This document shows, in pieces, positions 1 to 11,799 of a DNA stretch of 64,000 nt. The notes under the pieces were generated by a model that was given only the letters and a program-made list of their open reading frames with translations, was not told the DNA's origin and searched no databases. Position numbers and translations under genes: made by a program. The number at the start of each line of letters is the position of its first letter. The stretch's first letter is position 1. The DNA lies in NCBI GenBank assembly GCA_973895155.1, contig OZ316893.1, positions 17,676,770 through 17,740,769 of the forward strand. Direction: 5' to 3'. Source of the stretch: Marsupella aquatica. Taxonomy: Eukaryota > Plantae > Marchantiophyta.

Positions 1-1988
1 GCTACTAACTTCGCTTTTGCTTTTGCTCAAGGTTTGCGACTGCGGTCTACATGGACAATTGTTGTTTCACAGATACTTTGCAAGTCTGTGGCAGACTTGT
101 CCACATTGTCTAGCAGTGCCTGCTTCATGTCGGACACAATTTTTGCTGGAATGTGGGACTTTGAAAGCTTATGGATGCATCCTTCTCCCTTTGATCAAAA
201 GGCAAATCCCGTCTATCTGTATCTAGATACCATGGGTAGTGAGTTCTCTCCCATTCTGTCATAGGTCTCGGAGGAAATATGCCCTCAGATGGGTACATGG
301 AATACAAATCAGCTATGGCATCATCCTCACTTATTGTAATCCACTTCATGAAAGCTACAGGATATGCCCAGAAGTAATCAGGTTTGGTTACCTCCATGTG
401 CATGTAGAACCTATACAGATACCTTTTAGCCCGCTTCTGGTTTTTCTGGGTAGTCTTCTTTGTCTGGATACTTTGAAGGCCACATAGTGTGAAAGAACTT
501 ACTCTTCACAAAATCACCATATCTCTTGAACTCATTTGTAACAAACTGAACGAGATCATTAAACGAACCACAATTCCACTCTTCCAATCGAGTCGCGGGC
601 ATGGTTTGCTCTACTTCACGCAGACACGAATGTAACATGCCGACAGCAATTCCCTCCACACTATTCCAAGTGATCCAAGTTTGACACCATTGTTTCACTG
701 GGTCATCGTTAACACTTGTTGGGTGGAAAAATTGCCTCCGCAGCTTAGGATTGCAATGTGCCACAAGTAGGGTGCTATGTAACTTTGGGTCTAGTGCAGA
801 AACCGTGGTGAACAATCGGGCGCGGTCCATTGTACACAATGGTGTCAGACTTCTTCTCTCTCTTGTTTCTCTCTGTGACAGCATACATTTATGCACATGT
901 ACTGAGGAAATCTTCAAATTCATGACTTAACACTTAGGGCGTAATTTTTGAAGACTTCACTGCCCAGTCTTTGGTTGCGTCCTTCATCATTGCCGCATCT
1001 CGTTTGGAAATCTTGTCCACCGACCAGGGACTCCCTTGAGCCTCGGCTGCATCCATGTCAAGCTTGAATTGGTGCGAATAGGACTTTATCTTATTCTCAC
1101 ATAGAATGTAAACAAGAGCTTCCTGTGGCATCTTCTTTGTATACCATGACCCCTTCCGAGTCTTCAGCCGAATGCTCTCAAACTTCTTGAAATTAGTCGG
1201 GTCAATCAGTTTACTGTAATACTCAAGGTCATGCGCCATAATTCTTTTGATTCTATCTGCATCTAGGATCTAGGATTGCTCAACAATGGCTTGGCCAAGC
1301 CTACAGGAAGAAATGCAGCTAGTTAGAGTCAAAGTACAATTGATCTATAACCAGCGCCGAGCGCTCTTAAATCAAACACTCCCAAGATTCAAGGAAGGAA
1401 CCGGAAAAGTACAAGAACTTACTGATTCACGGTGTGCATAGCTGCCTCAATTTCAATAAGACATCCCTTGTCTCCCTTAAAAATTGTGTAGAGCACACGA
1501 GGATGGTATTTCAGATTGTCGGGGTTCTCCTCGGTAAGAAGCGTCCATGAGTACAGCCTGTGATTTCCATCGAAGACAGAGAACATCTTATCCTTCAACA
1601 CAAGAAAATCTGGGTCAGCCTTGCATTCAGCCTCAAACTTCTCGTTCTCCAATTGCTAGATTGGATCCCATGAATCACGAATCTCCTGGGTACAGGTCAG
1701 AAGAATTCTGTTCTCATCCGTTTGCTGCACATAGAAACGCATTCCTATGGATGAATTGTAACCCATACTACAAAACGAGTCTTTGAGCTTCTTGATGGAA
1801 GAGCTGTCTTTCTGCAAAGTACAAACCACCTCCATGTGAACCAATCGACAAAGAGGGATTCGAGGCGGCTCCTTGTCAAATCCACGAGAATCCTTCCCAA
1901 AACACATGACATGCTTTGAGATGAGATCAGTCTCCACGAGCGCGCAATCTGCAACATCCTGGATTGCAATTGTGTCAAGGTTCTCCAT
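1..1988 (-). pseudogene. TE accessory gene with ParB/Sulfiredoxin-like N-terminal domain (degenerate; runs off the window)
   Basis: ORFs 1656-2093 and 1419-1652 join through a TAG (likely ex-TGG): ...RIPLCRLVHMEVV...FYV...SWDPI*QLENEKFE...MFSVFDGNHRLYSW. DGxHR is the ParB/Srx signature. A GT-AG intron at 1422-1301 splices in frame to ORF 934-1239; frameshifted ORFs 426-923 and 125-403 appear to continue it. Confidence 0.7.
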
Positions 1989-2443
1989 CTTTCTATGCAA
2001 AGGTTTAGGAACCAAAACAGCGCTAACAGACGTAGGAGGCAGCAACTTTGTGGAACAAGTTGCACGACGTGTATAAACTGAACCAGTAAACAAAGACTAC
2101 AAGGATTCAAAATAAGCTTGCTCCTTATCAGGAACTGCACTATACCCTCTGGATGAAGAGGGGAATACCTCCGTTGTCTTCCTTCCAGAAGCGTACAAAC
2201 TATTGTACAATGAAATTATGGAACTCTAATCCGCGTTCAACGTGTATTATATTCTAGAAGCAGGGTGTAGTTCAGCGGAACTCTTTGATTAAAGCGACAA
2301 TCTCGTAAGTTTGGCGGATTCCAACATATGTAAACGGAGGACTCAATTATCTAAATCAAGCGGACAAAGATGCGTAACTCACATGGAACTCATAAGTTAC
2401 CGTTAAATATTACCGTTACGACCCTTCTCCTCACTGGGAATAC

Positions 2444-2870
2444 TAGCGCCGGATGCTATTATATTATAAACATAGAACCTTCAGAGAGATAATTGGAAGG
2501 ATAGTCATGACAGCGCCCGATGCTAATAATAACAACAACAATAAAATAGGTCTGAAATGGTGGCTACAGTACATAATTATTGTCTAAACAACCCCCATAT
2601 TTAGGAAATATCTATTGTTTTAATTGTTTTTTGACAACATTTCTCCCACTCTATACTAGCGCCCGGCGCTAGTAAAAACATGCATTGCTCATCCCTAATT
2701 CTGGCAGGTTTCCCATTTTTATAAAGCATTATAAGCCAATTACCTCATATTATTTCTGGTTTTCATGTATAAATGGGGAGTGGTTTCTATACTAGCGCCA
2801 GGCGCTAGTATGGAATATCGAGATTTGGGACACATTATGTTTGTCGTATTTTAGTTAGCGCCAGGCACTA
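2444..2870. repeat. Cluster of palindromic AGCGCC-N-GGCGCT motifs in the divergent intergenic region
   Basis: Perfect arms TACTAGCGCC-C-GGCGCTAGTA (2654-2674) and ATACTAGCGCC-A-GGCGCTAGTAT (2789-2811); degenerate copies at 2444, 2512 and 2856. Confidence 0.9.
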
Positions 2871-3147
2871 CTCAAATTGTTCCAACTATGGAATATCTTA
2901 GGGTCAGTTAAAGCTTTTTGTGGTGTCCTTTTTGGCAGTATATTTGAGTCTGACATTTGGACTTATCGGGGAAAAATGACAAAATTCATTTATGGCGCCA
3001 ACGGATCCTATGTCGTCTATGTTTTCTATCTTATCCAAATGGATATGTTAATGTAAAGTTCCCAGGTGTGACTCATATAAGCTCCACATTCCCACAAACT
3101 TTTTTTCCTCAAAACATTACAGCCCCCATTATTTGTTTTTGATTGTA

Positions 3148-6100
3148 ATGTCTCGGTCGATTGTTCTATCCCGATTCGGGACTGGGGATATTGTCACCAT
3201 CCCCGTCCCTTTGGAAGACACGTACAAGCAGGTCTGGGAGAGATACCTTTGCGGGAGATTTGATTTGAAGATGAATGATATTGAGGCCATTGTTTGAGAG
3301 CTCAAATCCAGTGATGACATCAAAGATGCTACAACGTTCAATGTTGATGATGGTGAACGGTTTTGGCATCTGAACGCAGGGATTTCATACTCACTTCGGG
3401 TTAGACAACATGAAGGACTATCAAGTGTCCCCCAAGTTCCATTTGATGTTGTCAAGATTTCTTCTAGTGAAGATGGAGATCACACTCCAAGTCCTTCGTT
3501 GAAGAGGAAAGTCCTACAACATGCTGTCGTTAAAGGTGAGACTCCGGGAAGCTCTAACCAGTTGGAGGTCGTGCATCGGCGGAGTGCAATGGACACATTG
3601 CTCAAATCCACTGGTCATAGCAAGTTATCAAGGTTCATATCAGCAGGTGATTTCAAACATGAGCAAGTCCCCTGTCTGCCAACTAAGTACAACGGGAACG
3701 TTGTGTTTGAATTGCCACCAATTGACAAGATGCTCTCTAAAGGATCTAGGCTTAGGGACATGGACCGTGCCAAAGATTGCTACATTTGGACCCGCATATT
3801 TCCAACTACCGCGAACGTTCAGCCAAAAAAACTTTGGCAATTCGGTAAGGTTACTTGTACGGGATTTATTGAATGTTGGAACAAGTCCTGCGAGTACTTC
3901 CAAAGGAAGAAGAAGGCAAATGCTAAGGCATGGCAGGGTACTCCAAAGCTTAGTGGTCAGTATGATGTGGGATCTTTTATCAAAGAGGGAGGTGTTGTAT
4001 GTCATTATTGTGAACAAATTCCTTTTTGTGTTAAGTACTGCCCTGCCCATTTGTTTTATATGTACGCGCAAGTATTACTTGATGTGGAAACATGTAATCA
4101 TATGTCCCGTCTGGCAATTCATATAGGTGAGCATAACCATCCACGTAGAAAAACCTTCTCTAGGAGTGCAGAGAAGATGGCTGAGGATTTAATTAAAAAA
4201 ATCATGGAGCCAACCCTTTGGCAAAACCAACAGGGATCTTGAATTCAGCTACAGGGTCCATAGTGAAAGCTCTTTGCAAACATGTTGACAACATGGTCGA
4301 TATCAAAGAAACTGAAATATGGAAGTCTTTGATGGTACTTTCCACTCCCCAGAAGTTTGCATCTCTTTGTCGGAGCGTTAGGATAGACCAAAAGGGTCGG
4401 GGTGAGTTAGATTTTCTCTCACAAATGCAAAAGAGGATTAACCTGTCGTTTCTCCAGAGGTATTTGCTCCCGGGTCAGGGATGTCAAGATGATAGGCCTC
4501 ACATCTTTAAAATGACCATGAAGGGTCACGGTTCCGGTGTGGATCTTTTGAGGCAGATGCAACCGGGTGGAAGACTCGAAGGAGCCTGGGTGAGTTTTGA
4601 TGTCATGCAGCGTGTGACAACCAATTGTTTTACTTTTAGAGCGCATGTCTATGACCATAACTTCCGTGCACTTTGTACAATTTTCACATGCAAGTTGAAA
4701 GGTGAAGACACTAAGTCTTTTGAAAAGGCTTGGAGAGTTATGATTGAGGTTTGCAAGGAAAATGGATTACAGGATGTTGTCATCCAAGGGTTTATGGCGG
4801 ACAATGCACAGGCGGGATGGAATGTTGTGCGCAATGTTTTTTTTGGTGGACACCCCAACCCGGAAAGGGAGCGCTCTGATGTATTTCACTTTTATCAATC
4901 TTTCCATCGACATTCCAAGGAAGGAGTACTCGAAGAATGTCAATTGGAACATCGGAGACTTTGGGAGAAACTAAGAAATGCTCCAACATTTGTGGTAGCG
5001 TATCGGGTGTCTCGAGAGATTGTGGTGTGGTGGCAATCAGGAAACTGTGTGCCTGGAAAGCTCATGATGCTCCAAAGCTGGATATCCTAGTGGGTTGTTT
5101 GCTGGCGCCAGTGGGGGAATTTTATTTGAGTGGTATGACATACATCTCCTCTCTTGTCTGTCATTTTCATCAACTTTATATTAGCGCCAGGCGCTGGTTT
5201 GATTTTCTTGTAACTCACACGTCGAAACCATGAATACAATACATTGAAGCCACTATGTCAACAAAGTTCCAGAGTCATAAATTGAAATTGTATTTCACGT
5301 CTGTATTACATACTTGTTGTTGCCAGTGCCGGGCGCTGGTAATAGAATGCTAGTACTTATTGTTGAATTTGTACTATGGCAAAGCAAAAGCACAGAAGAA
5401 TGTGCCTTGATTCCCAACTGTATAGGGTCAGAATCAAGGCATGCGTCTATGAAATCCTGGGCTACAAAGAAAAAAGTTGGTCTTTTTTAAGCATGCAAAG
5501 TTGACCAAAACCGTGCTCTGTCTCAAATTGCGGGATACAGTGCATATCGTAAAGGGTTGAACAGAGGAAAGGGGCCAACTATATGGGAATTGGCATTCCG
5601 TTCCGCGGATCAAGTAGGTTCATCGAGGTTATTTGAAGATGCGACCAACATGCTTCTTTCCAACTCGGCGGACTTTGATTTGGAAAGAAGTAATCCCCTT
5701 AACGGAGATATAGTGACCAATTCAATGAAGAGGAAGGGGCATGCAACTGGGATTGTCTCTCCACAAGACTCCCATCGGCATGACACCGTTCTCATAACCA
5801 CACCTAATACTCGTGTTTTGAAAAGGAAAAACCTAAACAGAACTGACTTTGCCTCCATTCCCTCAAATTCTAATGATCCTGTTACAAGAGTGGTGAATCT
5901 CTCTGGTATGGACACATCAAAGGGTGATACTCATTCACTAGACAATACCCCTCAAACAACCCGTACAACAAGATCCACAAAACCTCCGCTCAGTGCCCCA
6001 GCTGCACTTCAAAATTCACTCCCACACACGATTCTGCTAGAGAAGGATGTCCCTCTAGGGCAGTGGCAGTTGCAACGGACGTCCAAATATGGAGCAGGTC

Positions 6101-6907
6101 CCCAGTGTAATGGGAAACTCAATGGGAGTTCTGATTGCGATGAGTGTCAAAATCATATCAAGAAGGTTGGCTTCCATTTGTCTGACGGTGTTGTTTGAAT
6201 TGTCGTGAAGGGCCATCATCTTTTTAGGGGCAAACCCATCTCCAAAATGATTTGGTTCTGCCCAAACCAAACATGTTATAAAAGTCGTTCGCATCGTGGA
6301 GTTCATCAACTTCCTCCTCTTCCTGAAATTTTGCTTGTTCTGAAGGGTACGAGCCTATCTCCTTTTGAAATTACGTTCCTCGAAGAGCAAGGACTTGTCT
6401 TAGCCCAAACAACAGGATCGAGTTGATCTGCGCCATCTTCGTTTGACCTCAGGATAAATGTGAATGTGTTCCCAGAAACAATAAAGTTTTTGGAGCCAAA
6501 TGTCCGGCTGGGTAGTCGGAACGGGAGGAACTCAAGGCCTCAGTTTAATCTTACTATGGGTCACACTAGCGAATGGAGTCTGCACAAAAAGAAGAGATGA
6601 GTTTGGATGGGGAATGGAATGTTCAAACTGGAAATGCTTTTGGAAAGCAATTTCAAACCCATGAGAACTTTGATCACCAAGCACGTACTTTGTCCAAATC
6701 TATATCTTCCCTGCTTGCTCTTGTGAGGACTTCTTCCAACGTCATTCGCGTGGCAAGTTGTCCATGCCTTGTAAACATCTATACTGGGTGTACATAAATG
6801 TTTTCAAACTTGATGTTGAGGAGTTGACTCTTTGTAGCCAACCAATTTTGACAGTGGGCGAAGTCAGGCTTGTCTTGGAGAGGCAGAACTTGAATGGCTT
6901 ATTATAG
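3148..6907 (+). pseudogene. MULE transposase: GCM-like Zn/DNA-binding domain, DDE core and C-terminal SWIM zinc finger (stops/frameshifts)
   Basis: GCM-like KVTCTG..C.N..C...CHYC...CPA...AIHIGEHNHP (3499-4242). DDE region WVSFD, FMADNAQAGWN and RERSDVFH (4218-5090), plus GSESRHASM (~5425-5450) after a probable intron (~5133-5390). SWIM PACSCEDFF...MPCKHLYWV at ~6710-6790. Confidence 0.8.
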
Positions 6908-8044
6908 AGGCTGAAACTTCCGTATAGGTCGTTGAATATAACGGATAGTCACTATTTTGTCTTTAGCCAACGGATATTTTACTTGGTTTATTTAGAATCT
7001 TTTGGTTAGCGCTGGGCGCTGCTTCAAGAAGTTGGTACTTTCCTTGCTTTATTATGTACGTATATAGTAGAAGCATTACAACATGTTTGATTTTTTATGT
7101 CCATTTGATATCTTTCTCTTTTATCTTTAAAGCCGTGTTGATTCAATTATTCTGAAGAATATAGTTGTCGCCAGGAGCTGTTTTGTCATTTGTTTGTCAA
7201 GATACATGGTCCATTTAAGTGAACTCATGTTGATTGAGTTGATTTGGACACTACTCTTCACTTGTGCTATGGTGGGTCCCACCCAAAGGGTCACTCTTTA
7301 GCCTGGACGATTCATGATATTTGAATGAATATTTTATTGGGTATAGTCCCAATACCGTGTTATGTTATCTTCTACAACAAATTGTCGTGTCAAAGGAGGA
7401 TTGATAGTACTATTGAGCCATCGCATGGCACGAAAGAATTGTTTGTTCTAAACCTAATTCATTAAGACAAAATTATGTGATTAGCGTAGTTTTTCATTTG
7501 GACCAAAGGGCTATGGTTGATGCAAAACTGGTAATAGGTAAAATTTGACTGTTAACAACAAAATATCTCATGGTAACAGGTTTTCTGTTTTCTGTTTTCT
7601 GTCACGACTACCATACCCCCTAACTAGGAAGTTATGGGTGTTGTCAGTTGTTGGCGCGCCCAGACATGCGGGATAGGGTCTAGGTTGGGAGCCAAAAGTT
7701 TGGGGACCAAAGTTGGTCTGGGGGTGGCAGGTCTCCAGAAGCATATATGAGGGGACTGGTCAGTTGGTGATGGATAGGTATGAGGGGAAACCCGGGTTGC
7801 GCCCAAGGAATGAGCTATTCTGGACGAATAGTGGGGGTCGGTTTTGGTTTCGGCTTATGGCATTGGGAGGACCTATCGCTGACTTACTTACCAATGTCTG
7901 TTGAGCTTGAGTTAGGATGCTAGACTTGGGAGATCTAGATCCTGAAGGGTTGTCGCGCCCATAACTCGGGCCTTAATCCAAGTTAGTTCCTCAGCGCGCG
8001 CATGACCACCAGTAGAGGTGAGGTTTCAGGCAAAGAGGTGTGTT

Positions 8045-10410
8045 GTGGCCCTGGTTAGTCCAAGTCGGACTATAACCGTATACATACCGGTATAATATTA
8101 CACGACATTCACTAATATCATAGGTATTTTTGGTTTCCACTGCTGGAAGACTTCCATAGTTAGTGACTTGGACTAACTCCCGGTTTGGGGACTTTCAAAC
8201 CATTGACGTGACTTAAAACTTTGCAACATGCACTTCTTCAACAATCCCAACCATTAGTCCGCACCCTGTGCGTCCCTTAAAATGGCGCCTTTGCGAGGCA
8301 AGGCATGCATACAACACCAGTTACTCGCGAGAGATCAAAGGGAAAAGACCATTTTACTCAGATAAGAGGGACTTCTAAGGGATCAACAGGCCTAATGGCA
8401 GTCAATGCCAAGTCTCTACAAGGCCCTGCCTTGCACTTGCCCAACAAGCTCAACTCTGGCTCTCACTCCTTAGTGCTCTCTTATCTTCCTCAGGTTGGGA
8501 CTCCCTGTGCCTCACAGATTCTTCTACTGAGATAAAACAAGTCTCTCCCCCTCTCCTTAACGGAAGGGGGAACCTAAATACTACTTGGCGGAAAGGAACT
8601 AGAAGATACTACCTCCCGGATGATGCCTAACTGACTAACTACCTTCTGACTAGCTGGCCGCATTTCCCTTGACCAGTTGACCGTCAGTGGCGGGGGGCGC
8701 TGACCGGGGTGTCAGTAGCTAAGTCTATTGACCGCAGTTCTAGTTTGTCGATGGACTCTATCCTATGTCGGCTGGTCCTAACTGACCTTGTCCTAATCCT
8801 TTCTACTGCGTTGCTAATCAGTGCCTAATGACATCTATTTTGTTGTTAAGTGTCAAACACTTGTCAAGGAGCTTAAGGGACTTTTCTCCTAAAAAACTAC
8901 CTACTACGTGCTCCATGTCATACCAGGGTCACAAAGGATTGACAAAACTTATGAAATGTGCTTACAATGTCTAATCACTCCATACATAAGTAGTTTCAAC
9001 TCTCCATTTCTAGAGAGGTAGTCCCCTTGACTACTTTTGCACTCACACCCTTCCCCTCTCCTCTACTCCAAGGATCAGCAAGGGGGATCTCCACTCCAAG
9101 CTGTCACCTTAGAGTAGATTCTCACACAAACACCCAAGAATCCAAAGTACTTTCCTCTTCAAGCTTAAGTCTCCTCAAGACCCTCAAAGTAGTGTTACTC
9201 CTCAACCTTGCCCCCTGGCCTTGGTTTGGGTCCACACATCCCCTTTGAGCTCTAGAGAAGGCTCCTCTATCTAAGGACTCTTCCTCTTGTTCTTACTTCT
9301 TATTAACACCACACACCAAGCAAAGTACTTTCCACCCTCAAGCTATAATCCTTTCTAAGTCTCAAAGTAGTGCTCTACCTTAACCTTGCCTCCTTGGCCT
9401 TGGTTTTGTACTCTAGCACATCCCCTTTGAGCTTAGACCAAGATTACACCATAGCATGGACTCTTCTCTTGCTCTCATACACTTCAAATGCACTCACACT
9501 TAATGGTCACAATGAAGATTGACAAGTCTTCTTTTATTGTATCACCTTTACAACAAAAGTTCACTACACATTCTCCACACTAAGCATGGACCACCTCTCC
9601 CTTCTCAAGCTTAGCCCTACCTTGGCAAGGTAGAGATTCCACTTAAGAGATGAGACTCCCGATCCCTAACAAAGGAAAACTTCCTCCTCTTATACTATTC
9701 TCCTTCCACACCAACCAAGCTCAACCTGGGGTCCAACTACACCTCCCCCAAGTCCTCCTAACACACAAAGTCCAACTCTATAGTTCGTAGCCCACCCTAC
9801 AACCTATTGTTTGGCCTCCTTCCAAGCCCTTGAATATGCCACACATGAGTTGCATTCTTTAACCTCCAAACCTGCTCCCACTTATGGTCCTCCTCACCAG
9901 ATTTCCAACCCACTTGAAATCTCGCAAAAAGAGTGAGTGAGTCTCAAGTTATGCTTAGTCAAAGTTGGCCTTATTTTACTTGTAACCCCTTTACTACCCT
10001 AAGTAAACTACCCCCTATATTTACTTTTCTTAACTTTATGGCCTTACACCTTTGACCAAAGGTAAGTACCCTTCCCTAGAGCCTAACTAAAGTGGTATGG
10101 GTGCAAGAAAGGTCAGCCCCTAAATCTGGTATTCATTCCCCTATGCCGACTTTGGTTTGCAAGCTATCGGGACCCCCTCATGGCCTTGGCTAAAAATATA
10201 TTTGAGTGATTCTTTTTCTGGGTTTCAACCTTCACCAAGGGGTGCCTTACCTTCCCCTAACTAAGCACAAAAAAAATTGGGCCCCAACGGATACCCCTAG
10301 CCAAAGTTATGCCCATTCTCCCAAGGCCTGTTTTTGGTGTAAAGCAGGTGTAAGCGGCGACCTGATTACACTTACCTTACACGCCCCTTATGGTGATTCC
10401 AGGTGTCACC
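8045..10410. mobile_element. Probable long Gypsy-type LTR or LTR-adjacent non-coding region
   Basis: Ends resemble TGTGGCCCTGG...CCAGGTGTCACCA; no coding potential; internal ~180-bp duplication (9143-9260 vs 9321-9440). No partner LTR or TSD seen. Confidence 0.3.
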
Positions 10411-10559
10411 AAGGGAGACTCTCGTGCTTATGAAGGGAATTATGTTTACTAAGGGAGAGAGAGAGAGAGTGGCTCGGTTCACAAGAGGATTGTCTAGCAG
10501 CATGTCAATCCTCCGTAGCTCTAATTCTCCAACAGCCAGAATAACTACTTCTCCAACAA

Positions 10560-10970
10560 CCATAACTCGCAGCTCTTCAATTCATCAGCAGCGATAGCCC
10601 ACATCCAGCCATAGCTCACAGCCAACCTAGTCAATTTCACAGCTAGCCCACCTCTTCAATTTTGCAGCTAGCAGCACAACAGCACAGCAGCAGATTCGAA
10701 GCACAGCAGCAGCAGCCATAGCTTGATTCCTTCTCAGCAACTAGCTCTATTCCAATCACTCAGCCAAGCAGGTCTCTCTTCTCAATTTTGTAGCTGCCCA
10801 CCTCTGCAATTTCGCAGCTAGCAGCAATCCTAATTTGCAGCCATAGCTCTATTCCTTCTCAGCAGCCATAGCTCTTCAATTCGCAGCAGCAGCCATTTCA
10901 ATTCAAGCATCCCTTCCTTCAATTCAAGCATCCCTTCCTTCAATTCAGCCGCCCTTCCTTCAATTCAGGC
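10560..10970. repeat. Low-complexity GCAGC-rich repeats and a ~21-bp tandem array (TTCAATTCAAGCATCCCTTCC)
   Basis: Directly visible repeats; 3-4 copies of the 21-mer at 10897-10970. Confidence 0.75.
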
Positions 10971-11799
10971 GCCCTTGTGCTCAATTGGCACCTTTGGACA
11001 GCCTCCTCGTGCTTGACTTCCTCACCGGCCTTGTGCTTGAGTCGTAGCTTGCGCGTCGTCTTTCCAACACTTACAAAAAAATGACGTTTTTTCTGGAAAA
11101 AACTGCATTTCCAGGCTGTTTTGGACTGCCCCCAAAAATCACACATGAGTCCAAAATGACTTCTGAGTAGATTCACATATTATCTGGACGTAGGCCTATG
11201 TCCTGGTTTACTAATATCTAAACAAAAACCTTATTACCAATTTTCTAAAATTAGGTAAAGAGGGTTAATTATTATGTTTTCCAAAAATTTTCTCAACTTG
11301 GAGATGCTCCCAAAAAGTAACCAAAGATAACCAAGTTCTACCACAAGTTCCCAGGGATAGAGTGGACCATATTTCACCCAGTCCCAAACTTGGAAAGCCT
11401 AAATTTACTCATCAGCTATTTTTCCCGGGACCCGCTATTTGGTAACTTTAAGTTTTGCCAAAATACTTACAACTCCTAGGTTAAGACCCCACTTGACTTT
11501 GTGACTTTTATGTGTGGTCTAGGGACTACCTAGCACCTATAGGGTGAGTCTTAGCAAAAATTATCACTCAAAAGTATCGGTCATGCCTTCGGCCCGACTT
11601 GCCGACTACCGTAACTTCTTTCCGCCCTTACCGAATAACTTACTCAACTCTTGATCTTCTTAGAGCAACATGTCCTCTCCCTCAATTTATTTCCTACTCT
11701 ACTTCCCTAGTTATTAAGTTACCCTAAACCTAACAACTCCGCTAATCACTAAAACTATGTAATTACTGCTCCTTGAAAGCAAAAAACTGATGCATTTCC

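Larger units (their letters stand above)
1..7618. mobile_element. Mutator-like (MULE) DNA transposon with two divergent genes; left end lies outside the window
   Basis: Carries a DDE transposase (+) and an accessory gene (-) head-to-head. The putative right terminus reads GGGTATGGTAGTCGTGACAGAAAACAG on the minus strand from 7618, and a similar sequence recurs at 25085. Confidence 0.75.

Noticed and set aside
1419-2093. Bacterial contamination or fresh horizontal transfer of a parB gene
   Set aside because: The gene has a GT-AG intron, lies within plant TE context and shows methylation-type decay; no parA or operon structure.
8283-8300. TGGCGCC PBS-like motif
   Set aside because: Not preceded by a CA-ending LTR that I could define; the match beyond 7 nt is poor.
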